Positions 11,689 to 25,429 of a DNA stretch of 64,000 nucleotides are shown here, in pieces. The translations under genes were made by a program, and so were the position numbers. Under the pieces are notes generated by a model. It worked only from the letters and a program-made list of their open reading frames with translations. It searched no databases and was not told the DNA's origin. Location of the stretch: NCBI RefSeq assembly GCF_004324835.1, contig NW_021163026.1, forward strand, positions 2,035,271-2,099,270, read 5' to 3'. The stretch is from Dendronephthya gigantea (Eukaryota). The stretch's first letter is position 1, and every line of letters starts with the position of its first letter.

Positions 11689-14600
11689 ATGGCTTATCCT
11701 CCACCTCAAGGGAACTTCTCTTACCAGCGTGCCTATCCGCCAGACTACGAGCAGAATCCTTATCCCCCACCTATAGGATTTCAAAACTACATTGCGGCTA
11801 ACCCTGGCGCTCCTCCGACCCAAAATCAACCTTACCCTCCACCGACAACCGTCGCTTATCACGGCGCGCCAGAGCCACGGACTCTGAATGAACCCAGACC
11901 GACAGCAAGAAACGACGTTCCCGAAGTCGGATTTGAAGGATTTTCAAGACGATCTAACCCACCTTCGGCTCAGTCAGCATCTGGTGTTGAACTTGAAAAC
12001 GTCGAAGATCTACCACACGATATTCACACGAAAGAACCGGAGGAACAGTTGTCAGATAGTTCTGCGACCAGAATTGAGGTGTGTACTGTGTAGTTCATGG
12101 TTTCTGGTTTGAAATCTGCTCCACTATCATGTTATTTGATTGGTTTTAAGTTCTAGTAGTGTTCTAGAGATATAGTTAGATCCTGTAACTTGTAGATCGG
12201 GCGATAAAATGAATGCCTAACTCGCTAACTACAATATTTGGCTATATTTCTTTGTAGTTTAATAAAGTATGTGTTTACTTTTCGTTGCGATAATAATACA
12301 TAATCCTTTCGCATTAGATATTAAAACATGACAAAATCTGGCTTTTATTTGAAGCTAAAAAACAGTAAACTTTGATTACTATTCGTATTTTGCTTTACAG
12401 AGTTATTTAGACAACGTAGTATAAAAGCTAGTGGGGTGTAGTTTTAGATATGTCATTTGAAAATATTGGTTTCCAATAGTAATATTTTTTTCAAAAGTTC
12501 TAGAAGTATTTTGATTTGATATTGTCTAATATTTGATATTGCAGTAGTTGTACAATTTTCGTGCCAAAATTGTGTTTGGGCGACGGATTTTGTCATAGGA
12601 GCAGTATTAAACTTCAAAACAAAAGCGAACCTTCTGGAAATAAAACCGTAGCTCCAATAATTCAATAGTTCGGGTCATTTTGAATAAACTATGTAGCTAA
12701 ATAGTAAATACGTACTTTTAGGTATATTTCATGTCGTAGGTCAAATTTTAAAGGAACTATTATATTTAAACATGAAAATACAGTATTGCATTTATGTCAA
12801 TGCTCACTTTACTTGTATGTAGCATTATCATGTTATTAAGGACTGAAACACCTGTTCATTTGTTGCTAAATATATTGAGTACTAGCCTATCCAAAAACAC
12901 AGGTAACATCATAGTTCAATTTTACCTGCTGTGTTGAAGTTTTGCTGAATAATTGCCCTCAATTATATTAATTTAGTTGGAGAACCAACCAAAGCCGTTA
13001 TACTTTCGAGATGGCAGGAGAAAGATTGATTATATTCTTGCCTATCAAGATTACCCGGACAAACCAATGGAGTGGCAGGAAAAGAGAAAGGATAAACGGG
13101 AGCATTTTGAAGCAAACTTGAAGGAATATGGGCTGGAACTTGAGCAAGAAGACTTTGATGTAAGATTAAGCATTTAAATAAAGGCTCATTTACATTTGCA
13201 ATTCTTGCTGGAATTTTATGTGCAATTTGTTCTTTTGATAGATGTGAACGAGTAGTTAGTTACGAATGCATTGATGTATAAGAGTTCTGATTTGAACATC
13301 AGTAACCAATTCACTTGTTCACATCTATCAAAAGTTGCACATAGGGTATATAAACAAGCCTTAAGAATCATCTATGATTGATCCAGAGTTACTCCAGGTC
13401 GAAGTCAACTGCAAATTGAGAATTGTATTTTATTGGAAATGTGACACCAGTTGCAACCAGAAACCATAAAATAACATTGTGTTTGATACTTATAACAGGC
13501 ATCAAAGGATGGTAAGACAGTCTACATCAAAATTCATGCTCCATGGGAGGTGTTAGCTTGTGTAGCGGAGGAAATGTCCATGAGAATGCCGACCAAGGTT
13601 AGGAGGATAGTTGTAATCTTCAGCCCCCTTGCTCTTCTGCTAATCTCAATTCATTAGTTTTACATTACTTTACCCCTTAGTGACGGTCAGTTGATCAGGC
13701 AAAAGACCACCAGGCATTGAATGACTATTGTAAATCTGCCAATTTGGTGGCATCGCCCCAGATACACTTGTTTTTATTAGGTTTTAGTCTGTCTAACAAG
13801 AAGCATATAGTGATTTCACATGGCATGATGATGAACTTATCATATCATTCTTCCTTTCAGCGAAATGATTTGGAAACAAAAGGCTTGATTGACAAAATAT
13901 TTAGTCGTTTTGGAGGCAGAAGTCCATTTGAAATCAGCAGCGAAGATGTGCCCAAAGAAGAAAATTATTTCACTTGTGCTTTCCAGAGAGATAGACTTGA
14001 GAAGTGAGCCTGCCTTACATCTTCTGAGACAAGAGCCTGACATTTGTATGATGGAAAAGAACTCTGCAAATTAATCCATCCTTGATTTTTTGACAGTTTT
14101 AAAGGTCATGAAAACAAAGAAACCTTCTTCAGCAGCAGTCAAAGAAGTCTGATTGTGAGTTATTGTGAAAATGTAATTCTCCCCTTTTCAGGAGAGTCTG
14201 GAAACCTAAATCTCTGAGAAAATATAATATTTCCCATGAACAATAATCTACCTTAATTTCTTCCAGGTCTATCGTATTTTAAAATCAACAGCTTATGACG
14301 AAGATAAGAGCAAAATTGGTAAGGATGGTCGTATGTATATAGATACACATATCATTTGACCACTTGAAAACCCACTCTTGGTGTCTGGAAATCTACCTGC
14401 ATGCCACACTTTTGTAATGCCACACACGTTTTTACAACAAAATGTCAAAACTATATTTGTGTTTCATGTAGGTGTTGATAGATTGGTATCAAATCTTTCC
14501 TATAATGCTGCGTATCCGCTACACGAGGTATGTAATAAAATCTGAGTCATTTGCATTCATATATAATATAAGAAGTATTTGTTTTGAACTTTAGCTCACC

Positions 14601-17600
14601 ACCTGAGGTGTAATTTATGTATTTAGGGGTACCACAAGCCCAGTTCAAACTCCTCAGAGAGAACCGAACGACAGGTATACAGGATAACAAACGAGATTCA
14701 TTGAATAACGGTAAAACAGACAAGGATTCGATTCTTTTTGACTTTTTTTTTTGCAGATCTTGTACGATGTTTGGGGGAAGTTCAAAAGATTCTACAAGAA
14801 ACAGCCTTTGAACTTGATAAGGTAATTTGACTGCATTTTGTAAAATATGTGAATTATCTTCTATGAATTTAACAGTTTTTGGCAAATCTTTTTTCCGTTT
14901 TCGTAGAAAATATTTTGGAGAGAAAATAGGCATTTACTTCGCGTGGCTGGGTGAGTTTAATATCAGCGTATCAGCGTGTGTTTCCGATAATAAACGTAAT
15001 AAATGTTAGTTACTTACAAACAGCTGCGTTTGACTGTGCATGTTGTACGGTGCAGTTGAAATTACTTAATTTCATTGCCAAATGTTTTCACGCTGGCAGA
15101 GTCTCAGAGAGAATGAACGCTGTTGAAAGTAATGTTTTGCCTTTTAAGATCATTATTTATTTATTCCACTTCATTTCAGCCAAGCATTTAGCATTTGTGA
15201 GAGTATCTCAAGTGTATTTGGCTTCAAGGTCAATATTTATTGCGTCTTTTTTAATTATTTTAGGTTTTTACACCATCTTGCTGTTTCCAGCCGCTGTAGT
15301 TGGTGTTATCAACGTTATTTATGGCCTGGCGAGACTTGGGGATTACACCCCAACGTATGTCCAAAATATTATACATTAGATATATTAAATATGATTTTAT
15401 TGTATATGTTAGATCTATTAAATATTATTTATTGTATGCGTTAGATATATTAAATATTATTTATTATGTACGTTGGATATATTTTGTTTTTAACTGTTAT
15501 AAAATCTTTCTAAAACTAAGATGAAGTACAGAAAACAAGTGAAGAACTATGTAGTCCTGGATGGACCAGGTGGAAACAAGTCTGATGAACTCAGTTGATG
15601 AACTCTGTGGATAAATATCAAATTGTTCTCTTTTTAGAAATATTATCTGTAATGAAACGCTTAAGGATAGATACGTCATGTGCCCAAGATGCGACAAAAA
15701 GTGCGATTATTTTCCGTTGTATCACACGTGTGGATATTCAAGGGTAAGCGTGGGTATTGGCAAATTTAAATTCTGAACAAACTGGCGAGTTCATGCATGA
15801 GTATATCCATATTTTATCTTTCACAGGCGGCTTATGTATTTGACAACGAGTTTACGGTTATATTTGCGATTTTTATGTCTCTTTGGTGTAAGTATAAAAT
15901 GTTCTACCACTTCACTTCCGTGATGGTTTGTGTTCCCAGTTTACGAGAATTCCTAAAACTTTCGTTTGCTTTTCACAGCGACCATGTTTCTTGAGTTCTG
16001 GAAACGGAGGCAGGTTGAGATCGCGTACAACTGGGATCTTCTGGGGTTTGAAGTCGAGGAGGTAATGTGGATTGGATGGGACAATTGTTTTAAGTATCCA
16101 GCATTATCCGTTATCATCCATCTCCATCCATCATAATCCCTCATCCTTTGTTACTCTACTGCATTTATCATCATCCCCCATCATCCTCTATTACCATGCT
16201 TTATCCTCAATTGCCATCCCTCATCCTCCATCATGATCCTAGTCCATCACCTGAAATATCCATCCATTATTCTAGGAAAGTATTCGTCCAGAGTACGAGG
16301 TGGTCTGCACGGAAAAGCGAAACAATCCCATCACCCAGGTAGCCTTATCACTGGTCTTAGTACTAGATTCAGTGTACTAGATTCATTGGCGATTATAAAC
16401 TAAAAGAAAGCTAGTGTATATATCATATATTCATTATCTAGGTTCAAGAGCCATACTATCCATCAACTTTGAAATGTCCGCGGTTTGTTTGCAGTTCAGC
16501 TTCGGTTTTTCTTATGGTACGTAATGTTTGAAAAACTGACAATTATTGATTCCAAAGCACATTGCATTCCCGACATATTTCAACGATTTTTACCAGGTTG
16601 CAACCTCGGAATGGTTCTTGCAAATCATAGCCAAAATAAGAAGCTTTTTTGTTGTCGTTGCAGATTTGTCTTGTTGTATTAGCCGTCTTTGGTGTCATTG
16701 TCTACAGAGTTTCCGTGTTCGCTGCGCTGACAGCAGCTTACGACAGCAATATTGGTAGCATCAGTTTATCCGTGACGGCTTCTGCTGCTGTAATCAATCT
16801 TATCATCATTCTGCTGCTCAGTTTTGTAAGTTTTGGTAAATTTTGCTCTCTACTGAACAGCTCTTAGTTCTAAACTGTTTTTCCTGAGAACCAGTAAGGA
16901 TCATCTCTTATTGATCCAGTGTTACTACAGGAGGAAACCTTAACTAAACCAACTTTATTTATACTGGATAGCTCTATCAGTTCTAAACTGTTCTTCCTAG
17001 AGGTCCAGTAAGGATCAACCCTTATTGATCCAGTGTTACTACAGGAGGAAACCTAAACTAAACTAACTTTATTTATACTGGATAGCTCTATCAGTTCTAA
17101 ACTGTTCTTCCTAGAGGTCCAGTAAGAACTAGTAAAACGCCGATAACGTGTGAATATTTGAATTACTATATTCAATGTGTTCTTAGGTCTACGAGAAGCT
17201 AGCCTACATCTTAACAGATATGGAACTACCACGGACACAGTCGAAATATGAAGACAGCTTTACCATCAAAATGTATCTGTTCCAGTTTGTCAATTACTAT
17301 TCATCTTTATTCTACATCGCATTCGCAAAACTCAAGTAAGTTGGATTAATCATGGTGGACACTGCTGTGTCACTGCGGACACTGGTGTAGTAATATTCAA
17401 CCAACACATTAACTACAATATTTCCTTGCACTTTTAGCCCTGGGAGACCAGGAGACTATCACAGGATCTTTGGTTTTCGTCAAGAAGAGGTAAAATTATT
17501 TCATGAAGATATTATTCAAAGGCTTTAGTGAATTGAAAATTGACCAAATGAGTATTGTCTAGTTCTATCGACATGGTGTCATATTGCCGGCAAATGTGTT

Positions 17601-19753
17601 TATTTTTTTTTCTTTGTTTTTCCCAGTGCAATGCGGCCGGGTGTTTGGTTGAATTAACAATACAACTCGCCATAATTATGGTTGGAAAACAGGTTTTCAA
17701 CGCTGCTATGGAGTTGTTTATACCGTAAGATGTTGCTCTGTTATGTAATCTATTTGTTGTGACCACATGCCAGGCAGGCAGGCTTACATTGCTTCGTTTA
17801 CTTAGTAAAATATTGAACTGGTGGAAACGACGTGGAAACATAATAAAGAAATTTCGTGGCGAGGAAGTGGAAGATAGTTCCGGTCCAGTCTCTCGCCTTC
17901 GCTGGGAGAATGATTATTACCTCACAGAGATACCACGCAATGCTTTGTTTTATGAATATCTTGAGATGGGTAGGTGCATGTCACTGATCTCAAAATATGA
18001 TAATGGCGCTGGACCAATGAAGGACAGTCTTCAAATGAATGAACATTATTCGTACATAGTCCAAGCCATACTAGTAGACAAAGTTTTAGAATACTTATAA
18101 TATATCCATGCAGGGTTCACCAATTTGGCAATTTCACTCATTCTAAGTTGCTTTTTTTAGCTGTTGTTTTCTACTTTCATTTTTTTTTACCCCGATCATA
18201 ATCTAGTCTTCAAATGACATCATCTCATCCATTCTTTGCATCTCCTAGTAATTCAGTTTGGTTTCATCACGATATTCGTGGCTGCCTTCCCACTCGGTCC
18301 ACTCTTTGCTTTGTTAAACAACCTGGTCGAGATTCGTCTTGACGCGTATAAATTCGTCACAACCTACAGACGACCCCGGGCCGCCAGAGCTGAAGACATT
18401 GGTAAGCTTCATCCAGTATATATTTCGTTCAGCAGGCTATGTTACACGGTGCAATTTCTGTTGCGACTTGCAATGTAATTCTACTTTTGAGAGATGTAAA
18501 TTTGGGAAGTACGAAACTTTTATGTTTATTACACTCCATGTACGTTTCTTACACTTAAATTATGAATCCTCTGCGCTAATTTACATCTCTTAAAAGGAGG
18601 ATTGCATTGCAAGTTGCAAGAAAAATTGCACCGTGTAACATGGCCTTTACTTAAAGTAGACGAATGTTCTGAGAGAAAGCGACCTCTGACCTGCTTGTAC
18701 GACGGGCCTTTAGTTAAGGACTTTGGGGGAACTGGGGGGAACTGTTGCTTCCACGTACAAACTGGTTTTTCATTTTCATTTCGTTCAGGGATCTGGTACT
18801 CAATTCTAAAAGGAGTCGTCATATGTTCCGTTCTTGTTAATGTAAGTTTGTCAGATATTCATAATGTCTTATTTGACAACTAGTCCCATTCCTTTCCCGC
18901 CATTACCGCTTATGTTTATTTTTTAACCAGGGTTTTATTATCGCTTTTGTGTCTGAGTTTATTCCTCGACTGTACTTCCAATGGAGTAAGGGAAAAGACG
19001 GGTCGTTGAGGCAATATCTTGAAACAAGTTTGTCCTGTTATGATACTAGAGATTATCCCGATAGTGAAAGACCGAATGTTACCTTACCTGCGCCTAATAC
19101 CTGTGGGCTGGGTCTTCCGAGCTGTCGGTGAGTATCGTCAACCATTCGGAAAATCACGACACGAATTTTCATACATGCGCCTAAATATGTTAACTAGACC
19201 TAGTTTCTCTTTTTACCCTCAAATTTAAGATCACTTCATGGAATGATAAGAGTAAACATTTTGCTTTCTCTTTTAACCACGATAATAGTTCATATATCGT
19301 GCGAAATCCAACACATATTTTCTTCCATTTTCTCAGGTACCGAGGGTACAGAGACAAACCAATGTCTTTGGCAGAAAATCCATCAGGAAACCTAACCAAC
19401 AACTACGACTTTACGAAGGACTATTGGCACATATTATCTGCCCAGCTGTTTTTTGTAATAGCATTTCTGGTGGGTGATAAATGTAGATTCACTGTTGGTT
19501 TTCATATGAATCAATAACTGACGGTGAAGTTGTTGTCGATCGGGATTTCCTTTCTGGATTGTAATGCTCATTTTCACCTACACAAGTCCTGATATTAACC
19601 ATTCTCTGTATTTTTAGATTGTTGTTTTTGGCCTGACGTTCATTCTTGCCTACATCATACCAGACAAACCGAAGAAGCTGGATAATCAGATAAGGAGAGA
19701 AGCTTACCTCGCTAAAAGCATTCTCCGCACAGATCAAGTCCCTGTAGATAACT
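11689..19753 (+). CDS. Anoctamin (TMEM16 family) gene with more than 25 short exons. Exon 1 is 11689-12078 and encodes a proline-rich N-terminus. Exon 2 is 12977-13159. The last exon is about 19618-19753.
   Basis: Exon 2 encodes [17 protein letters not shown], the anoctamin N-terminal dimerisation-domain signature. Later exons encode typical TMEM16 transmembrane segments: [141 protein letters not shown], and a C-terminus ending [24 protein letters not shown] then stop. All junctions are GT-AG. Confidence 0.85.
13195..13345. mobile_element. Hairpin MITE, family M-gtgaacgag, in anoctamin intron 2.
   Basis: Long inverted repeat: ttttgatagatgtgaacgagtagttagttacgaatg ... catcagtaaccaattcacttgttcacatctatcaaaag. 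A second copy lies at 51705-51880. Confidence 0.75.
15376..15486. repeat. AT-rich tandem repeat with a unit of about 45 bp, about 3 copies, in an anoctamin intron.
   Basis: ttagatatattaaatatgattttattgtatatg / ttagatctattaaatattatttattgtatgcg / ttagatatattaaatattatttattatgtacg. Confidence 0.8.
16858..17140. repeat. R115 family array of about 2.5 units, reverse orientation, in an anoctamin intron.
   Basis: Same unit as at 6975-7390. Confidence 0.85.
18436..18643. mobile_element. MITE with 37-bp terminal inverted repeats and a nested inner hairpin, in the anoctamin intron just after exon ...RAARAEDIG.
   Basis: The left TIR is atgttacacggtgcaatttctgttgcgacttgcaatg. The reverse complement of the right TIR is atgttacacggtgcaatttttcttgcaacttgcaatg. 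There is an inner inverted repeat, gagagatgtaaatt / aatttacatctctt. Related copies lie at 46362-46790. Confidence 0.8.
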
Positions 19754-20490
19754 AACACCACTGCATACATACCCAGGCTTACTATATATATATATTACAG
19801 CAATATATATTTTTTAAAACGCGTCCTATCTACATATGCTGCTGTAAATCCTTTAATTCCAAAGATTGCTTGTAATCCCTCGTAAAAAATACAGCAGGCT
19901 TGACCCTTGTAATAACAGGATTGTAAATCATGTCTTGACCTTGTATATCCTAAGTCAATATTGCATTCTGGCAACGATAAGTATACCCAAGTTGTTTCTG
20001 GGTTATTCACGGCAATGATAAGGCAAGGGAATCCGAATGTACAACGATTATTTGCCGAAGAATATAATGTCCAAAAGTTGTCGAACAGTAGAAACTATTG
20101 TGTTTGTATTAGTAATTGTGCAGTAATTAAAAAACATCCTTTTGCGATTGTGGTTTTCTGTTTTGTATGAGCGCCAAAAAGTGTTGTTAATTTAGTAAAT
20201 AAACAAGCGCTCACTGTGTTCGTTTATTCTTTACAAGGAAGTTGTTGTATGCGAACCGTCTCTCTCCATTTTTCGAATCCACGTTTTTATCAACATCTCT
20301 TTATGTTGGAATAAAGAATGCTACATACAACAGTAGATTTTAAATATATTTTATTTTAAATAATTCATGAGTTCATATTAAACTATGGTACTAATAACTT
20401 AGGAAAACTTTTAATAAAATTATTTGAAGGAACTCCTTCATATGCTAGCTAATTTCGTCTTGTAATACATAGTTTACAAGCTGTTCAAAT

Positions 20491-22320
20491 CTACTGCAGA
20501 GCAAACTGTGTTTTTTGAAAACGTCGTCTACAATTGGCGACCTCTTCCTTCAACAACTTACTCATTCTGGACGATTCGGCTGATACGATATCATTCATTG
20601 CCGTGCTAACACGGGTGTTGTTTCTTTGACCATTCATCTCGTTTATGTCGTAAGGCCATGACAACACAATCATTGTTATATAATGAGCGAGGTTAAACTG
20701 TCGCAAATGACAGACAGATGGCTGGATTTTCAAATCACAACACATCTTTGATGAATATGCGTGTTGATATTGAGCGACTTCATCAATTAGCATTGACCAA
20801 CACTGGCAAGGTGATTGTTCTTGTGTCTTTTCATCACCTTTTCAGCTCACCATTCTGTTTGTCTCCTTTCGCAATCTCGTCCGCCACGAATTTCCACAAA
20901 ACGTTGCTTTCGATGGCTTCACGAACTTCACAGACCAAGCATCTCTTGTTCAAAGAGGAACCCGCGTCCTTGAATTCCAGACGCATATGAATTCCAGCGA
21001 GATGATCGATGCCTGAACATCGTGAGCTCGTCATAAAACGAAACAACGTCCTCACAACGAAACCCAGCATTGCGAGTGAATCAACCGTCTGGACGTCGGA
21101 ACTTTTCATCCAGTTGTGCCACGGCAGTAAAGCTGTCTCAAAAAACTTCAGCCATCCTCTGTGAAAGGAAGGCGAATCCTCGGGATTTATAGTTTTAAAC
21201 AACAAGAGGCTAGATTTATCGAGATGCGTTCTTTTAGTTAAAACAAAATACCCTCTAGGATTACCTAAATGTAAAAAAGAGAACTTGTTTTGGTAGGCAG
21301 ACAAATGGTCAAGTAGACTCGACCAAGTCAAGTATTTTTTCTGGACATGTTTTTGTCTAGTTTATTGCCTCGTGTGTAGGGCAAACAGTTTTTATGGCCA
21401 TTTTTTTCACACAAAATATATTCCTAGTTCAAAATCTGGCATGCAAGAGCCATTACTTGCTGCATATATGTCCAATAAAAGGGAATATTGTCAAAGAGAA
21501 ACGTCTCGTCTTCCGAGCTCTAGTTTCAGAGGAAATTGTCTCTGCTGGGTTACTAGAGAAAACGTTTTAATTTGTACTTACCAGTGACGCTATCAAACAT
21601 CGTCATGGCATTCCAGAGACGTTTAACCGGTACCCAGTGCAGTGGGTACTTGTACCTAGATATATCGAACACGAGAACTAGGTCTTTCTCCGGGTGGTAA
21701 CCGCCGATTGAGGAATAATGCCCGGTGCCTTTCTGATCCAACCCTTTCCGGTGATAACACACAACCAATATCTCGTCACACGAACCTGATGTTGTTCGCT
21801 TGCAAACCTCTCTAAACTCATCAATCGTCGCCGTTGGCTTGAGGTTACGCACCAGAGCCACCTTAAGATTATTCGCCTCGGCCATGCACGCGAACTGCTG
21901 GAACACAACACCGTTGCCCTCGATTACCCTGTAAGGTACACAATGTTCCAGCATCGTCTGCGCGTACCAGCGGTAGACATCCTTCCATATCCTATGTGGG
22001 TCCTCGCGAAAAGTGTTCAGACACATGGTTAGTGTGGCCAGACTACAACTGAAACGAGGCTCGAACGAAGTCAGGAAGTTTTGGGCCAACTCGAAATAGC
22101 TGTTTAGGTAACCTGAGCTTGCTGATTCGAAGAAAATCTTTCTTCCCTCGTCAGATGAAAACAACACCAAGCCATCTGATAGTTCGTCGGAAACAAACCA
22201 TGAATCCTCTGTTGTTTTCCTTTTGTTCTCTAAGAGAAGACAACAGCCGTTAGTTTTCATTCCATGTTCTGTTGTTTTAACGAAATGCCTGAAGCATTTG
22301 AAACTGGGGTTGAACATCAT
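20491..22320 (-). CDS. Phytochelatin synthase paralog A (glutathione gamma-glutamylcysteinyltransferase). Three exons: about 22320-21589, 21253-20818 and 20745-20491.
   Basis: The 255-aa ORF has the PCS catalytic domain with Cys, His and Asp retained: EPRFSCSLATL, GTGHYSSIGGYH, DLVLVFDISRYKY. The exon 1 donor falls right after ...SVTG, in the same position as in PCS-B. Exon 2 (NPRGYFVLTKRTH...KRCLVCEVREAIESNVLWKFV) aligns to PCS-B exons 2 and 3. Exon 3 has IVLSWPY matching PCS-B LLAWPY. Confidence 0.8.
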
Positions 22321-25300
22321 CTAAACTGACTGTCATCGATGTAGATTTAAGCAGTAACGTATATAGCTTTTTCACAAATATATAGTCCATGGAATAAGTT
22401 ACTGTATGAACAGCTCTCGAGCGAATTTTTATTCATATATTTGGTAAGGGAAAGGAAGGGATGGGCAGTGGGAAACATACAATTTGAGATATCAATTTGA
22501 AGGTTTGACGTAAAGTTTTTTAAGTCCCATGTCAATATATAAATACCGCCAGATATTGTCTGAATTCTAAAAACATTTTTTATCTGTTTGGCTGGCGTTG
22601 CCACGTTTGCTTCAGCCAAAAAACGCGAACGACTTTCTCATGACGCCTGTTTGATTTTTATCCAGTGTCAGGTCAAGGACATGTCAAGGAGAAATTCGTC
22701 ACCGAGCTTCACTGCATGTTCATTCATTAAGTTTAGCGGCAATATAGCGATGTCTTTGGACATTTTCAATACCAAAATTACCGTGTCAAAAGAATGCATT
22801 TTGCTGTTGGCGAATTTCCCAGACAACCGCAGTCGAGAGAACTGTACTCGTAAGTGGCCATGTGACGGACTGTTTGCGTCGGTCACGAGAGATCTCTCAT
22901 TGCGATTGAAGTGTTTGTTCCGTGCTCATCGATTCGGTAAATTGAGTATTTACCAATATTGGAGCAAATTTACGCATGGCTATATACTGAACCACAGCTA
23001 AGACGTATAAAAATCATAAAAAAAACACGAAATGACCGGTTGTTAACGTCGATATGGAAAGTAACGTTGACCATTGCAGTGTTTTCTTTTTTTAATGTCT
23101 ACGAAAGAAACAAGTGTGTTTTCCTGATATAATCCGATAGGACTTGTGTAAACGTTCTTTGAAGAAACACAACAGACAGACAAAACGTTGCAATCAATAT
23201 TTCTAAAGCAATTAAGATTTAATTAAGAGTTGGGAAGAATGGCAAGAGTCATACCACAAGGATCTTCAATTAATCTTTTTGAGTGCTTACGCACGCTCAG
23301 AAAGCCTGCGCCCCATTCCATCTTACAGATATCTTGCTGTCCTTTTCCTCTGGTGAACATTCGGTGATGTCAGACCGCTTGTTTTTACATTTCATTTATA
23401 CTGCAGTCTGAAACCCAACAAGGTCAATGATAACTTGTTCATTGCCTTTTAAATTTTCTGACCTCCGGCTATATTTATACATATAGTTCCTATTACAATA
23501 AATCCCACATCAACGCACGTGATTTATGCAGTGTTTATTTTTAAGTAACGGTAGTGAAGTAACAAAAAAATTCAAGTTTTATTTTCACTGCCTGTCTTGT
23601 TTAAATTCCATTCACTTGACTTGAACATTCGTTTTCAAATGAGTCATATATTATGAAAAAATTTGTGGGAGAACAGATTGCGCAAATTCAATTTGCCGAA
23701 TGGTTTCTGACCATCTGATCTTCATGCACTAACCTCCTATATATCGAAACATCCTCAAGGCAAAACTGACGACTTTCAGTGCATGAGTGACAATTTAATA
23801 CTGTGACAATATTCTGCTAACCTTCGCACCTTGCACAGTTCAGTAAGCATGTTTGTGCGTCAATATTATACAACACTTTTTCCGGTGTCATTAGCCACAC
23901 TATCAATTGAAGAGGACAAGAGTTTTCCACGCTTCTTTCTCAGAAGTGTAGATTGATTATATCATGATCAAATTTCATTAAATTACACATGTTCTTGTTC
24001 TAGAACACTCCACAAGAAAGGGCTTGCTTCGTTTGCACGGGGTGTTTTTAGATAAAATTGTTTAACGTCTGAGCTAATCTAACTGTGACCATAATAACAT
24101 TGACCTTCGCACAAATTGATAATCGCATTGTCAATAATGTTGAGTGTTATCCCTGCATATTTTGCATGACTGATCTGGATTTATCCGCCATTAAAGTAAA
24201 CATATTTGAGTTGAAAAATTTAACAGCAGAGTTTTTTAACGATGCAAGAAGTAGATTGGCTCTCATTACTAGTGTCACAGGTCTTGCTGTGTTTGAACGC
24301 TGTAAGCAAGACTGACTTACCAACTCATAATTAGTTTTAATTAACTGTATTTAAAAAACTTTATTATTTCAGGTTATCAAATTACGTTCTGTAAACAGCC
24401 TACAACAGTACAAATTTCATCAAGGTTTCTCATCCCGTTACCAATTAAGACTAATTGTGTACTTTTCTGACGATTCCAATTCCCAGGAAGTTACGAATCA
24501 CGAGTGTTTAAAACGATACCAGCTGGTAAACTGGCTAAAATTGTAGTGAATGAAGGCGTTTCCCAAGGGAAAAGATGATCTATATGCCTACAGTCGTTTT
24601 GGCAAAAGTCCTGCAGACTTTGTATACAATATAGGAATATCTTACCGCATTTATCCTCAGCGTCGAGTCCCCTCGATTCACGACGCGCTTTGATATTCTC
24701 TGGTGCGTCTTTGCCTTTGGGCATTGCCTCATCCTGTCGTCTCTTGAGTGACTCGGTGCCCAGCATTTTAACACTCTTGCGAACAGTGTGAGGTGGGAAA
24801 ACAGCAACCAGATCGTTATCCTGCGACCTGCGTGGCAGACGTGTTCAAAGTCGTGGGAACGCGAATGAAGAGTCCTTGTTTAGGTTGAATATAACTGGTT
24901 GTCTGCAAGAGATCTTTTGCTTTCGATTAGCATTCCTTGTAAGCATACCAATATTGCTTATTGGCCTTCAGCGGGACTGCTTTACATGTGGCATTTACTT
25001 TTCACCTTTTCACCAGGCGGGGTTTTCGTTCGTATCGTGACGCACGGAATGTGGTTCAATGCCAGACATTCGTCATCGTAATTCATCGTCGGATGCTCGA
25101 TAATTCGTTATCCATACCCAATAATGACGGTGAAAAATTTTTGAATGGCAAAAAAAAATGTTTGATGAAAGACGACCTGAAAACTAGCCTTGAGAAAGGA
25201 CTTGAAGTCTATGGTCTACAGGGAGGGGGTCGGTGTCATTTCAATAAAGAGGTGCAATATTCTGAGCGTCTATTTTGAGGGGATCGAGCGTGATGATTAC

Positions 25301-25429
25301 TGGTTAGTGTATACAAAAATGATGTTTGAATCCATGGATAATATTTTGATTTGCGCTCACTTTCGTCGACCTCGTGTATTTTAATCGACAGCCGTCGCTG
25401 AACAGAAGTTCAATATCAGTCAGTCTTAA

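Noticed and set aside
22588-23001. 137-aa + ORF in the PCS-A/PCS-B spacer.
   Set aside because: No recognisable domain, no splice partners, and no compositional support. It could be a UTR or noncoding, so it is not called.
24491-24807. Two overlapping - ORFs (…MPKGKDAPENIKARRESRG…) that I briefly considered as a Tc1/mariner transposase N-terminus.
   Set aside because: There is no helix-turn-helix or DDE-motif similarity on inspection, no TIRs flank the region, and there is no splice or homology support. It is left unannotated.
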